A stretch of 64,000 bases of DNA, taken from assembly GCA_038727515.1 (NCBI GenBank), contig JAVYVS010000001.1:32001-96000 (forward strand), given 5' to 3'. The stretch comes from Candidatus Methanomethylicia archaeon (lineage in GTDB: Archaea; Thermoproteota; Methanomethylicia; Culexarchaeales; Culexarchaeaceae). Shown here piece after piece: positions 1-9,935 of the stretch; position 1 is the first letter of the stretch; each line of letters starts with the position of its first letter. A program made the translations under genes and the position numbers. The notes beneath the pieces are model-generated. The model saw only the letters and a list, made by a program, of their open reading frames with translations. It was not told the origin of the DNA and did not search any database.

Positions 1-516
1 TGTTTAAATAAGGTTGATAATGCTATTAGAGTTATTGAAATTATTCGTAAAGCATATTCTAGTGATGGAATTCAAAAACTCTTTAGACAGAGGGTTGCAC
101 CATTAATTTCCCAGCTTGCAACTAATTATATTGATCAATTCAATTTAGATATTACTGGAATCTCCATGGATGAAGATTTAGATGTTAAAGTTTCTAGAGG
201 CGGAGACTTCATGCCACTAGAACTTCTTAGTGGTGGAGAAAAAGTTGCTGTAGCTGTAGCTTTAAGACTTGCATTAGCGAGAGCACTAGCTGAAAGATTT
301 TCAATAGTGATAATGGATGAACCAACAATACATCTTGATGAAGAAAGAAGGAGAGTTTTAGTAAATGTATTCAAGAATTTTAGAGAATCAACTATAACGC
401 AGCAAATGATCATAATAACACATGATAGAGAACTTGAAGATGTTGCTGATACAGTTTTTCAAGTGGAAAAAGTTAATGGTGTATCAAAAGTTAAAGAAGT
501 TTCTCTTAAAAATTAG
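1..516 (+). CDS. rad50: Rad50/SMC-family ATPase, C-terminal part (gene starts before the window)
   Basis: Frame open from base 1; ABC signature LSGGE, Walker B/D-loop IVIMDEPTIHLD, H-loop IITHD. Confidence 0.85.
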   Translation, partial: CLNKVDNAIRVIEIIRKAYSSDGIQKLFRQRVAPLISQLATNYIDQFNLDITGISMDEDLDVKVSRGGDFMPLELLSGGEKVAVAVALRLALARALAERFSIVIMDEPTIHLDEERRRVLVNVFKNFRESTITQQMIIITHDRELEDVADTVFQVEKVNGVSKVKEVSLKN

Positions 517-532
517 AATATTCTGAGATTGT

Positions 533-1051
533 TCATGGTAGTATCTTAAATATGTAACTTGCCTTTGTTACTTCTAAAACTTCCAATTTTAATTCCAACG
601 CTGATTCCAACAATATTTTAACCATATCTGCCGGTAATACTGAGTATGTTACTTCTATAATATCCCTTTGGCAAGTGAATTTTCCAATTCCATGTAACGT
701 TAATAATTCAAGTATTTTCTCTCTATGCCCTGGATTTTTTGGATCTAAATTAAAGAATCTTATTCTAGGTTTTAAACATGATATTATACTTTCAATAGCT
801 TCTTTTCTTGTATCTTCAGGTACTAATTTTATCAATGATGGAATTACATCTGATGGTATTAATGTAACTCTACATGGATGTATATAGAATATACCTCTAT
901 TCACATCCCATTCATCCATAGTGTATGTTACTGCCAATTTCAAGCAGTAGTTTATAAATTCCTTTAAATGTTTAAATCTACCCCTCTTAATTGATACATT
1001 AATATAGTTTAAGATATCATCCTCTATTTCAACTGTTGTTACCTTACCCAT
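533..1051 (-). CDS. Hypothetical protein, probable N-terminal ribbon-helix-helix domain
   Basis: 172 aa; N-terminus VTTVEIEDDILNYI...EFINYCLK has an RHH-like pattern; divergent from the atpI-like gene. Confidence 0.5.
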   Translation of the reverse strand: MGKVTTVEIEDDILNYINVSIKRGRFKHLKEFINYCLKLAVTYTMDEWDVNRGIFYIHPCRVTLIPSDVIPSLIKLVPEDTRKEAIESIISCLKPRIRFFNLDPKNPGHREKILELLTLHGIGKFTCQRDIIEVTYSVLPADMVKILLESALELKLEVLEVTKASYIFKILP

Positions 1052-1182
1052 AAATCATCTCAATAATATACATATCAATTTATTCTAATATAATATTTTC
1101 TATTAATTTCAATATTTTAAAATATTCTATAATAATAAAGTTTATATATCTATATTATTCTGGAATATTTTGGGAGAATATC

Positions 1183-2340
1183 ATGTTATTAAAGCCTCAA
1201 TATATTTCAATGATATTTGATGATTACTCAATTCCAGATTTCATAGTCTATTACTATATATTACTCTACGCTCTTTTCTCATTATACATAATACTACTGT
1301 ACATTAATCATAGAAACGATCGTATCAGTTATGTTTATGATTATAATGGAAATGGTTATGATGGTAATGGTGATGGAAATGGAGGTATCCTCCATACCAA
1401 TTTTATTACTACAACATTTAATCTCGATTATAGTGCAACTTTTTCTATTCGTAATTGGATGATAAATCCATTTAAGAAAATTGTTTATTCTTATGGTAAT
1501 TCAGAATATCATGGTATAGATCCTACATATTATTTCACTTTATTCTTTGCATTGATTTTTGGTGTTATGTTTGCTGATGTAGGTCATGGTTCACTACTTA
1601 TGATGGCTGGATTAGCAACATTATTCATTAATGGGAGAGTTAAAGGAATTCTAAGTTATGTTGTAGATAATGGTGGAGTTTTATTCCTATGTGGTTTAAC
1701 TTCAACTATTATTGGATTCTTATTTGGAGAATTTTATGGTTATCATTTAAGTATCTTTCCATTTAAATTCACTATACCCATTATACATGTTGAATTCCCC
1801 ATTTCTCCCATTGATAATTTGATGGCTATGATTAAAGTTTGCATATTGATTTCAGCTATACACTTATCTTCAGGTATGATTATAGACTTAGTAAATAAAG
1901 TTAGAGATGGAGATTATTTAAAGGCTTTTTCATATTCACTTTGTAGATTATGGTTTTACATTGGATTTATAATATCTATTTTCATGAATAAATTGGATAT
2001 CTATGCGTGGATCTTTAATCCATTAACAACATATTGTATAATAACTCCATTAATATTGATGTGGATCTTTGGATCTTTAGCCAGTGATCCTGTAGATGCC
2101 ATTGTATACACCTTTGAAAATACTGTTTCCTCACTTAGCAATACTGTTTCATACCTAAGGTTAATGGCACTTGCACTTGTACATTCATTATTGAGTAAAA
2201 TATTCATTAACTTATCAAATGGAAATATCCTTATCCTAGCTGTTGGAAGTATGGTTATATTGATACTTGAAGGGCTGGTTGTATTTATACATACAGTAAG
2301 GTTAATGTGGGTTGAATGGTTTTCAAAATTCATGGAGTAA
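1183..2340 (+). CDS. Truncated A/V-type ATPase subunit I (a)-like membrane protein
   Basis: IDPT, FGVMFADVGHG, SNTVSYLRLMAL (essential Arg), HTVRLMWVEWFSKF; only 385 aa, lacks the soluble N-terminal domain. Confidence 0.85.
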   Translation: MLLKPQYISMIFDDYSIPDFIVYYYILLYALFSLYIILLYINHRNDRISYVYDYNGNGYDGNGDGNGGILHTNFITTTFNLDYSATFSIRNWMINPFKKIVYSYGNSEYHGIDPTYYFTLFFALIFGVMFADVGHGSLLMMAGLATLFINGRVKGILSYVVDNGGVLFLCGLTSTIIGFLFGEFYGYHLSIFPFKFTIPIIHVEFPISPIDNLMAMIKVCILISAIHLSSGMIIDLVNKVRDGDYLKAFSYSLCRLWFYIGFIISIFMNKLDIYAWIFNPLTTYCIITPLILMWIFGSLASDPVDAIVYTFENTVSSLSNTVSYLRLMALALVHSLLSKIFINLSNGNILILAVGSMVILILEGLVVFIHTVRLMWVEWFSKFME

Positions 2341-2813
2341 GCCAAAATACATCCTATTATTTTTACAATTAACTCACATTGGATTTTAAAGATTGGTAGA
2401 AATTGTATTTAAGATGGAAAAAAGGTATGGTTTATTATACAAAGAGATTCAGAAGCTATTATCCCCCCTTTTAAATCTGATTTTTCACAGTACTATTTAA
2501 CTAAATAGAGAACTTTTCCATGTTTATTTCACCCAATACTCAAAAATTTAACTTTTCTTCAATACTCATAAACTATTTACCTCATATAGCTTAATGCAAT
2601 TTAGACTTTATAATTCTATAACTTGATGGATGAGAGAAAAGTTTTTATCCACCATTTAAATTTAAAGATTCTTCACTCAAAGTTTATGGATTATTTATGT
2701 GATTATGAATTTGTAGTGATTAATTCGAAGATTTTCAAACCTTTTTGTGATTTGGTCATGTTTGAACGTAACTTCTTTATTTTTATTTTGGATAGTATTT
2801 TTGGTGTTGGTTT

Positions 2814-4676
2814 ATGGTTAGAAAGTTTTGTGTTGATGATATTTTGAGGCTTATATCTATTGGTGATGTTAGGGTTTCATGTAGAGGTGATGTTGCTTTT
2901 ACAATTTCTAGAAATGATCTTGATAAGAATAAAGTTTCCAGTGAGGTTCACATTGTTAGGAGTGATGGCGGGAAAGTTTTCTTGGTTGGTGAAGGTGATT
3001 CTAGGCCTAGGTGGAGTCCTTCTGGTGATCTACTTGCATTTATTAGTAGACGTGGGGCTTCTGAAGGTGAGAAGGGTTCTGGAATCTTTGTTTGGAGTGG
3101 TTTGGGTGATGCTAGGAGGGTTGCATGGTTTAAGTATGGTGTTATAGCCTTTGACTGGTTTAACAATTCATCTATTGTTGTTGTTTCTCCAACTCCTATT
3201 GAGGGTGTTTATGATGTTGATGAAGATTTTATGGTTACAGATAAACTTCCATTTTGGTATGATGGTATTGGTTTTTTAGCTGGGTTGAAGTATTCTCTTT
3301 CAATTGTTGATGTTGATTCTGGTTATGTTAAAGTTGTTACTGAAGATCTTGAACGTATTACAGATTTAGCTGTTTACGGGGATTTTGTATATTATGTTGC
3401 TGTCGATGACTGGAGGAATCCAACCTTAAATAAGCTTGTTGAAGTTGATGTTAAAACTGGTGGTAAGAGAGATGTGCTTAGGGGTTATAGTATTTCCTCC
3501 ATTAAATTTGTTAATGGGAAGTTGTACGCTTTAATGCATAAACATGAGATTGGGATTTCCAGTCATAATAAACTGTGGGTTATTGATGATGGTAAACCTT
3601 CATGTTTAACTTCTAAGGTTCTTGATAGGAACATTTACTCTATAGTTGGTTCTATTGATGATAATTTAGCATTTATATATGGTGATTCTGGAAGTTCTAT
3701 ACTTGCTACAATTGATGATCATGGTTTTATTAGGAAGATTGTGGGTGATGGTGGATATGTACATTTAGCTCATTCCGAATCTAATAGGTTGGCTTATGTT
3801 TATTCAACTTCAATTAAACCTCAAGAGGTATATTTATACTCTGATGGTAAGCATAAACTGTTATCTAGATTTAATGAATGGCTTTTGAGTGAAGTTAAAT
3901 TTTATGAGCCTATTCGTGAAGTTATTAATGTTGATGGTGAAATTATTGAAGGTTGGGTCATTATTCCAGAAGGTTCTGGTTTACATCCATCAATACTATA
4001 TATTCATGGTGGACCTAAGGGAATGTATGGTTATAGATTTGAACCTGAAATGCAATTAATGGCTTCAGAAGGTTTTGCGATTATATATTGTAATCCACGT
4101 GGTAGTGATGGTTATAGTGAAGAATTCGCTGATATTAGAGGTAGATATGGAGTTGTAGATTATAAGCAGATAATGTCATTTCTAGACCATGTACTATCTA
4201 AATATCCAATAGATCCAAATAAACTTGCAGTAACAGGGATAAGTTATGGAGGTTATATGACCAATGTTATTGTAACTAAAACTAATAGGTTTAAAGCCGC
4301 TGTTAGTGAAAATGGGATTGCAGATTGGATTTGTGATTTCTGGGCAAGTGATATTGGATACTGGTTTGATCCAGATCAAATAATTGGTACACCACAAGAT
4401 AATTTAAATCAATATATTGATAAGAGTCCAGTTTTCCATGTGGATTCCATTGAAACACCAATGCTATTTATCCATAGCATGCAAGATTATAGATGCTTTA
4501 TAGATCAATCATTGGCAATGCATGTATCACTATTAATGAGGGGGAAAGAATCAAAGTTGATAGTTTTCACTAAGGGTAGTCATGGACATAGTATGAGAGC
4601 TGAACCAAGGCATAGAAGGAAACGATATCAAATAAAGATACAATGGATTAAAGATAAATTGGGATTGAAATCATAA
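2814..4676 (+). CDS. S9 family peptidase (acylaminoacyl/dipeptidyl peptidase)
   Basis: IHGGP, NPRGS, GISYGG nucleophile elbow, D (DYRC) and H (GSHG); N-terminal beta-propeller with PRWSP. Confidence 0.93.
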   Translation: MVRKFCVDDILRLISIGDVRVSCRGDVAFTISRNDLDKNKVSSEVHIVRSDGGKVFLVGEGDSRPRWSPSGDLLAFISRRGASEGEKGSGIFVWSGLGDARRVAWFKYGVIAFDWFNNSSIVVVSPTPIEGVYDVDEDFMVTDKLPFWYDGIGFLAGLKYSLSIVDVDSGYVKVVTEDLERITDLAVYGDFVYYVAVDDWRNPTLNKLVEVDVKTGGKRDVLRGYSISSIKFVNGKLYALMHKHEIGISSHNKLWVIDDGKPSCLTSKVLDRNIYSIVGSIDDNLAFIYGDSGSSILATIDDHGFIRKIVGDGGYVHLAHSESNRLAYVYSTSIKPQEVYLYSDGKHKLLSRFNEWLLSEVKFYEPIREVINVDGEIIEGWVIIPEGSGLHPSILYIHGGPKGMYGYRFEPEMQLMASEGFAIIYCNPRGSDGYSEEFADIRGRYGVVDYKQIMSFLDHVLSKYPIDPNKLAVTGISYGGYMTNVIVTKTNRFKAAVSENGIADWICDFWASDIGYWFDPDQIIGTPQDNLNQYIDKSPVFHVDSIETPMLFIHSMQDYRCFIDQSLAMHVSLLMRGKESKLIVFTKGSHGHSMRAEPRHRRKRYQIKIQWIKDKLGLKS

Positions 4677-4718
4677 ATTTTAAATCTAAATATAATACAT
4701 AAATTATTCAATTCATTT

Positions 4719-5063
4719 CTAGTATTTGGTATATTTTGTAAGTATAAACATTATAATTGGTAATATTACGAGTAATATTAACATGATCATTAGCAATAAA
4801 CTTCTAGTTGATAGATATCCATGAATAGTAATTGCTATACCTATTATCAATATACCTATATCCATAAGCTTTCTTGCACCATGCTCCATTGGAATATACT
4901 TTATGGATGTTATGGCAATTCCAGTTAATAAGAATAGAACTCCAACAATCATTAAAGTAATGTTATTATCTACATAACCACCTACAAACATAAATATACC
5001 TATAATAAAATGTATAATACCAACCTTCCAATTCTCTCTTTTCACGTTTAACAGTCTTTTCAT
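4719..5063 (-). CDS. Small 4-TM membrane protein
   Basis: 114 aa, four hydrophobic stretches. Confidence 0.55.
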   Translation of the reverse strand: MKRLLNVKRENWKVGIIHFIIGIFMFVGGYVDNNITLMIVGVLFLLTGIAITSIKYIPMEHGARKLMDIGILIIGIAITIHGYLSTRSLLLMIMLILLVILPIIMFILTKYTKY

Positions 5064-5083
5064 TTAAGATTTAAACGTTTCTT

Positions 5084-5144
5084 AAATTCTAATTCACCTC
5101 CAATTAGATTCAATGCTTCCCTTAAGTTTAAAACCATCATAATC
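5084..5144 (-). pseudogene. Eroded duplicate fragment of rpiB
   Basis: Reads DYDGFKLK/fs/EALNLIGGELEF versus RpiB DHAGFKLKNEILNMLKGELEF (about 5585-5647). Confidence 0.5.
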
Positions 5145-5221
5145 AAATTCAATAAGCATCTAACGTCATTCTTTCATAAATCTTCTATACATATAATTGA
5201 TAACTTATCTAATTTAGGAAC

Positions 5222-5674
5222 TTAAATCAATTTTTTCTTCTCTATTTCACTTATCTTATTTATCCTTCTTTGATGCCTATTCCCCTCAAACTTTTCATTT
5301 AACCATAATTTAATCCATTTTACAGAGCTCTCAACTTTCATGGTTCTTCCACCTAAACATATTACATTTGCATTATTATGTCTCTTAGCGAGTATTGCTG
5401 TCTCATCAGAATATACTAGTGCTGCTCTCACACCTGGAAATTTATTTGCAACTATACTCATACCAATTCCAGTTCCACATATTAGAATTCCATAGTCTAC
5501 TTCCCCTTTAACAATAAATTCACAAGCTTTCTCAGCTATATCAGGATAATCAACAGGTTCTTCATTATAAGTGCCAACATCAATAAACTCCAATTCCCCT
5601 TTAAGCATATTTAATATCTCATTTTTAAGTTTAAATCCTGCATGATCACATCCAATAACTATCTTCATCTTCAT
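5222..5674 (-). CDS. rpiB: Ribose-5-phosphate isomerase B
   Basis: GCDHAG, DYPD, CGTGIG, HNNAN, RHQRR motifs; start moved to MKMKIVIG. Confidence 0.95.
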   Translation of the reverse strand: MKMKIVIGCDHAGFKLKNEILNMLKGELEFIDVGTYNEEPVDYPDIAEKACEFIVKGEVDYGILICGTGIGMSIVANKFPGVRAALVYSDETAILAKRHNNANVICLGGRTMKVESSVKWIKLWLNEKFEGNRHQRRINKISEIEKKKLI

Positions 5675-5756
5675 CCCACTTTCATCTTTAATAAATTTCA
5701 ATATAAGTATACTCATTTTCAAGCAACTTTTAAATATTGAGCATCGCATTGATTTA

Positions 5757-6383
5757 ATGGATATGAAAAAGAAATTGATAATTAAAGGTGAAAAAGTTCA
5801 AGATGTTGGATATAGACTTTTCCTCTTAGATGTGGCAGAAGAATTGGGTTTGAAAGGGTTTCAGGCTAGAAATGTAAAAGATTATGTTGAATTCATGATT
5901 GAAGGTGATGAAGATCAAGTTTTTAAATTCATCAATTTTGTTAAGGAAAATTTTCCTCCCTTTGCTAAAGTTAACTCTATAATATGTGAAGATTATACTG
6001 GTGAAGTATTATCAATTGATCGATTCTATCATAGGTTTAGTATAGATCAATTAGTAAAAATTGTAGACATAGGTTTAAATATGTTGAAGAAGCAAGATGA
6101 AATGTTAATTAAGCAAGATAAAATGTTGGAAAAGCAGGATTTAATGTTGGAAAAACAGGATAGAATGTTGGAAAAACAAGATAAAATGCTAATTAAGCAG
6201 AATGAGATGTTAATTAAACAGGATGATATGTTGAAAGGGCAAACTTCTATTTCTAGTAAACTTGATGATGTTGTAAAAGAAGTTAAAGGTCTTAGAGAAG
6301 ATTTAAAGAGTTTTGTTGAGGAGAGATTTAGTAAGATTGAGAGGGAAATAGCATTAATAAAGGCTAAAATAGGTTTAATTTGA
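5757..6383 (+). CDS. Acylphosphatase fused to a heptad-repeat coiled coil
   Basis: KVQDVGYR and ARN acylphosphatase motifs; C-terminal ML(E/I)KQDx repeats. Confidence 0.85.
   Translation: MDMKKKLIIKGEKVQDVGYRLFLLDVAEELGLKGFQARNVKDYVEFMIEGDEDQVFKFINFVKENFPPFAKVNSIICEDYTGEVLSIDRFYHRFSIDQLVKIVDIGLNMLKKQDEMLIKQDKMLEKQDLMLEKQDRMLEKQDKMLIKQNEMLIKQDDMLKGQTSISSKLDDVVKEVKGLREDLKSFVEERFSKIEREIALIKAKIGLI
6081..6242 (+). repeat. 21-bp coding tandem repeat, 7 full units plus a partial
   Basis: Units such as ATGTTGGAAAAACAGGATAGA and ATGTTAATTAAGCAAGATAAA. Confidence 0.9.
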
Positions 6384-6493
6384 TTTACTTTTCTTTGTTA
6401 AATTTTGGATTGTAAAGATTAATAGAGAATTATCTTGATTTAATAGGTTGGTTTTAGATACTTATTTATACTTGTTTATACGTATATATATGT

Positions 6494-6808
6494 GTGAGGA
6501 AGGTTAAATTAACTATAACTGTTGATGGTGAAATATTGAATTTAGCTAAAAGTGTTGCAGAGTCAAAGAATATTCCATTATCGAGATTAATAGAGAATTA
6601 TCTTAGATTTCTTTCTAAACCTGAATTTTACTGTTTTAAGTGTGGTGGGAAGTTTAGTGCTGGTGAAGTTGAAGTATGTCCAAAGTGTGGTTGGATGATA
6701 TGTCCACATTGTAGTGCTTGTAGATGTATTTTGAGTGAAGAAACTGCTATAGCTGTTTATCATATGAGGAAGGTTTACGAAGATTTGCTTAGTGGTAGGA
6801 TTAAATAG
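6494..6808 (+). CDS. RHH DNA-binding protein with C-terminal Cys-rich zinc finger
   Basis: KLTITVD...SRLIENYL (RHH) plus CxxC, CPKC, CPHCxxCxC. Confidence 0.7.
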   Translation: MRKVKLTITVDGEILNLAKSVAESKNIPLSRLIENYLRFLSKPEFYCFKCGGKFSAGEVEVCPKCGWMICPHCSACRCILSEETAIAVYHMRKVYEDLLSGRIK

Positions 6809-6822
6809 GTTGGTGATTTTAA

Positions 6823-7545
6823 ATGATGGTTTGGTTATATTGGATTATTGGTTTAACTATAGTGACATATGCTTCAGTTTGGATTGTAAAGAAGTTTCCA
6901 CAATATGGATTTGCTGCATTAACAGGTTTCTATGTAATTTATCTTGCTGCATCACAAGTTCTTGCAACTAGGATTATAACTTTTGATTTAGGTATATACT
7001 CATTCTATGCTCCAGCAGCAGTCTTCATATATCCATTCATAGCTCAAGTTATAGATATGATAAATGAAGTTTATGGTCGTAAGAGTACCCATATATCGAT
7101 AATTATAGCTTTTATAACACAGGTTTTATTGGTGGTTTTCATAGGTATGGTTAATACTTTAACTCCAGCACCATTCTTTCAATGGGAAGAAGCTTGGAGA
7201 TCATTATTCAGTTTAAGTGTTAGGATAACTATTGCTTCTTGGATTTCCTTTTTAATATGTTCAAATCTTGATGCAATAATATTTGCAAGCTTAAAACAAG
7301 CTTTCATAGATAGGGAAGAGAAATTTAAATATGATACTTCATTGAACCCATATGTTTGGCTTCGTTCTAGTGTGAGTGATGTAGTTGATTTAACTTTAGA
7401 TAGTGTAATATTTGTTACATTGGCATTTTATGGTGAAGCTCCAGTAATTCCATTGATAATAGGGCAGATCGTAAGTAAGAATATCGTTGGCTTTTTAGAT
7501 AATCCATGGTTTGTATGGTATAAAAGGTTAATTAGGAAATCTTAA
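6823..7545 (+). CDS. Queuosine/preQ0 precursor transporter (YhhQ/Vut_1 family)
   Basis: YP...DMINEVYG, RITIAS, SNLD, R-S-S...DLTLDSVIFVTLAFYG. Confidence 0.85.
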   Translation: MMVWLYWIIGLTIVTYASVWIVKKFPQYGFAALTGFYVIYLAASQVLATRIITFDLGIYSFYAPAAVFIYPFIAQVIDMINEVYGRKSTHISIIIAFITQVLLVVFIGMVNTLTPAPFFQWEEAWRSLFSLSVRITIASWISFLICSNLDAIIFASLKQAFIDREEKFKYDTSLNPYVWLRSSVSDVVDLTLDSVIFVTLAFYGEAPVIPLIIGQIVSKNIVGFLDNPWFVWYKRLIRKS

Positions 7546-7730
7546 TGGTGGTTTCATGATCATTATAGTATAATTTCTTCATAGTTAAATTTAAAACTAC
7601 TATGGAGTTCTCTATTCTACATAGTTATAATTTAAAGCTATTTCTCAACTTTATACAAGTTCCTCTACAAGAGTTGCTGGCATAATATTACATAAGCTTA
7701 TTAAAGAAATTTATATACATAAATTTTAAA

Positions 7731-7763
7731 AGTTAGGGGGGTAACTAGGTTAGGGGGGTAACT
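7731..7763. promoter_or_regulatory. Tandem palindromic operator-like site (AGTTA-G6-TAACT, twice)
   Basis: AGTTAGGGGGGTAACT A GGTTAGGGGGGTAACT directly before the TTG start at 7764. Confidence 0.7.
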
Positions 7764-8807
7764 TTGTATTTTGATCCTAAACCTAAGGATAGGATTGAAG
7801 ATTTCTTTGATATGGAGGATGAACTTAAAGCTTTTATTGAATCTGTGAAAAAGGAGAAATTGATTGTAGTTACAGGGTTTAGGAGGTATGGTAAAACTTC
7901 TCTTATACTAACAGGACTCAATGTTTCTGGTTTAAATTATCTATTCTTAGATTGTAGATTGCTTCCATCTGGTATGATATCTATTAATAGTTTTCTTGAT
8001 TTATTGGAAGATGAATTGAGTAGGAGGTCTTGGGTGAGAAAGATTTTACGGGGAATAGAAGGTGTAAGTATTGGAGATATTGGTATTAGAATAAAGAAGA
8101 GGGATAGAAATACTCTTATTAGGATAATGGAATGCCTTAGTGGAAATATACTAGTTTTAGATGAAGCTCAAGAACTTAGAAGATCCAATTATAATTTTAA
8201 TGGTCTTCTAGCCTACATCTATGATCATTTAGATTCAAGGATAATAGTTTCTGGTTCAAAAATTGGTCTTCTATATAGTTTTCTTAAGATAAATGATCCA
8301 GAGGCACCACTTTTTGGAAGACCTTATGTTGAAATCAAACTTAAACGATTGGATTTCAAGAAGGCGAGGGAGTTTTTGGAGAAGGGTTTTGAACAGGAGA
8401 AAGTGGAGGTTTCAAGTGAAGTTATAGATGAAGCTATAAGGAGTTTTGATGGGGTAATAGGATGGCTTACATATTTTGGATATTCTTATACGAGGAAGGG
8501 TGAATCCATAGATTCTATAATGGAAAAAGCATGTAAACTTTCAGCGAGTGAAGTTGATCATGCTTTAGAAATATATGGTATAGGAAGGAATAGATATGTT
8601 AGTGTATTGAAGATAGTGGCTAGTGGAAGTGGATTGAGATGGTCTGAAATAAAGAGAGCTTTAGAAGCAAAATATGGGAGAATACCCAACAATACATTAT
8701 CAAACATTATAAGGAACTTATTGAATCAAGGACTTATAGAAAGGGATGATGAACTATACAAGGTAACAGATCAAATACTTAGAATTAGCATATTAAGATA
8801 CCTCTAG
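7764..8807 (+). CDS. Archaeal ATPase (ATPase_2/STAND-like) with C-terminal winged helix
   Basis: YFDPKPK N-terminus, Walker A GFRRYGKTS, Walker B LVLDEAQ, GxIGWL, wHTH tail. Confidence 0.9.
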   Translation: MYFDPKPKDRIEDFFDMEDELKAFIESVKKEKLIVVTGFRRYGKTSLILTGLNVSGLNYLFLDCRLLPSGMISINSFLDLLEDELSRRSWVRKILRGIEGVSIGDIGIRIKKRDRNTLIRIMECLSGNILVLDEAQELRRSNYNFNGLLAYIYDHLDSRIIVSGSKIGLLYSFLKINDPEAPLFGRPYVEIKLKRLDFKKAREFLEKGFEQEKVEVSSEVIDEAIRSFDGVIGWLTYFGYSYTRKGESIDSIMEKACKLSASEVDHALEIYGIGRNRYVSVLKIVASGSGLRWSEIKRALEAKYGRIPNNTLSNIIRNLLNQGLIERDDELYKVTDQILRISILRYL

Positions 8808-8947
8808 AAGGTTTAATTTAATATTAAGAATTTCTAGGATTAACCGATATTATCATTAACATTCTAGATAATTTATAGGCTAAAATTTAAAGATGGTTGT
8901 TTGTTTAATCTTCAACATTTTAATACTACTTTTATCTTGTTATTTAT

Positions 8948-9934
8948 ATGAATCCATTTTCATTTGATGGTGTTTGGGTTAAGGGTAATCTTCATTCTCA
9001 TACGAATAATTCTGATGGAGTATTGTCTCCAAGTGAAGTTGTGAAGTATTATTGTAGAAATGGATTTGATTTCTTAGCTTTAACTGATCATGATAAGATA
9101 ACCCGTATCGACTCTAATTGTTTAATATTGTTTTCAGGTATAGAGGTCACTGTTAAAAATGGTGTTTCTTATCATGTGGTGGGTATTGATGTTGATGATG
9201 AAAATTATATTCTAAAGCTTAAGGATGATTCTATTCAAAGTCTTCTCAATTATATAAGTGAGAGGGGTTTAGCTATAATTGCTCATCCATATTGGTCTAA
9301 TTTGACAATCAATGATCTTCTTATTTTACGTAACTATGTTGGTATTGAAATCTATAATGCTGGTTGTGATGTTGAAGTGGCAAAGGGATATTCAATTGCC
9401 CATTGGGATTGTATTATTTCAAAGGATACTGGTGTTTATGGTTTTGCAGTTGATGATGCTCATTGGTATAATGGTTTTGATGCTCCTGGAGGTTGGATTC
9501 TAGTTAAAGTTAGAGATAAATCTAGAGATGAAATTATTACTTCCATTAAAGAGGGGAGATTCTATTCTACGATGGGGCCATTAATAAGTGAATTTAAAAG
9601 TGTGGGTAATATTGTTAATGCAAGTTTTACTCCTGTGAATAGGGTTGATATTGTATCTGAAAATGGAAGTGGTTTCAGTTTCTCCATGAATACATATCAT
9701 TTAATAAAGAGTGGTATAGTGGGTATAAGGAATTTTAAGAAGGTGAAATTATCTTCCAATGGAGATATTGAGAAATTAACTATTGAAATTGATAATGGTG
9801 TTATAGAGGTATACCTGTCAAGTAAGGGTATAATTGGGATATTAATTGAAGGATTTAAATTTAAGAATTATTTGAGATTGGAAATTACAGATTTTAATGG
9901 TAGAAAGGCTTGGAGTAATCCAGTGAAAATATAA
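8948..9934 (+). CDS. PHP-domain metallohydrolase (CehA/McbA-like)
   Basis: GNLHSHT..SDG, TDH, AHP, DDAH. Confidence 0.88.
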   Translation: MNPFSFDGVWVKGNLHSHTNNSDGVLSPSEVVKYYCRNGFDFLALTDHDKITRIDSNCLILFSGIEVTVKNGVSYHVVGIDVDDENYILKLKDDSIQSLLNYISERGLAIIAHPYWSNLTINDLLILRNYVGIEIYNAGCDVEVAKGYSIAHWDCIISKDTGVYGFAVDDAHWYNGFDAPGGWILVKVRDKSRDEIITSIKEGRFYSTMGPLISEFKSVGNIVNASFTPVNRVDIVSENGSGFSFSMNTYHLIKSGIVGIRNFKKVKLSSNGDIEKLTIEIDNGVIEVYLSSKGIIGILIEGFKFKNYLRLEITDFNGRKAWSNPVKI

Positions 9935-9935
9935 T

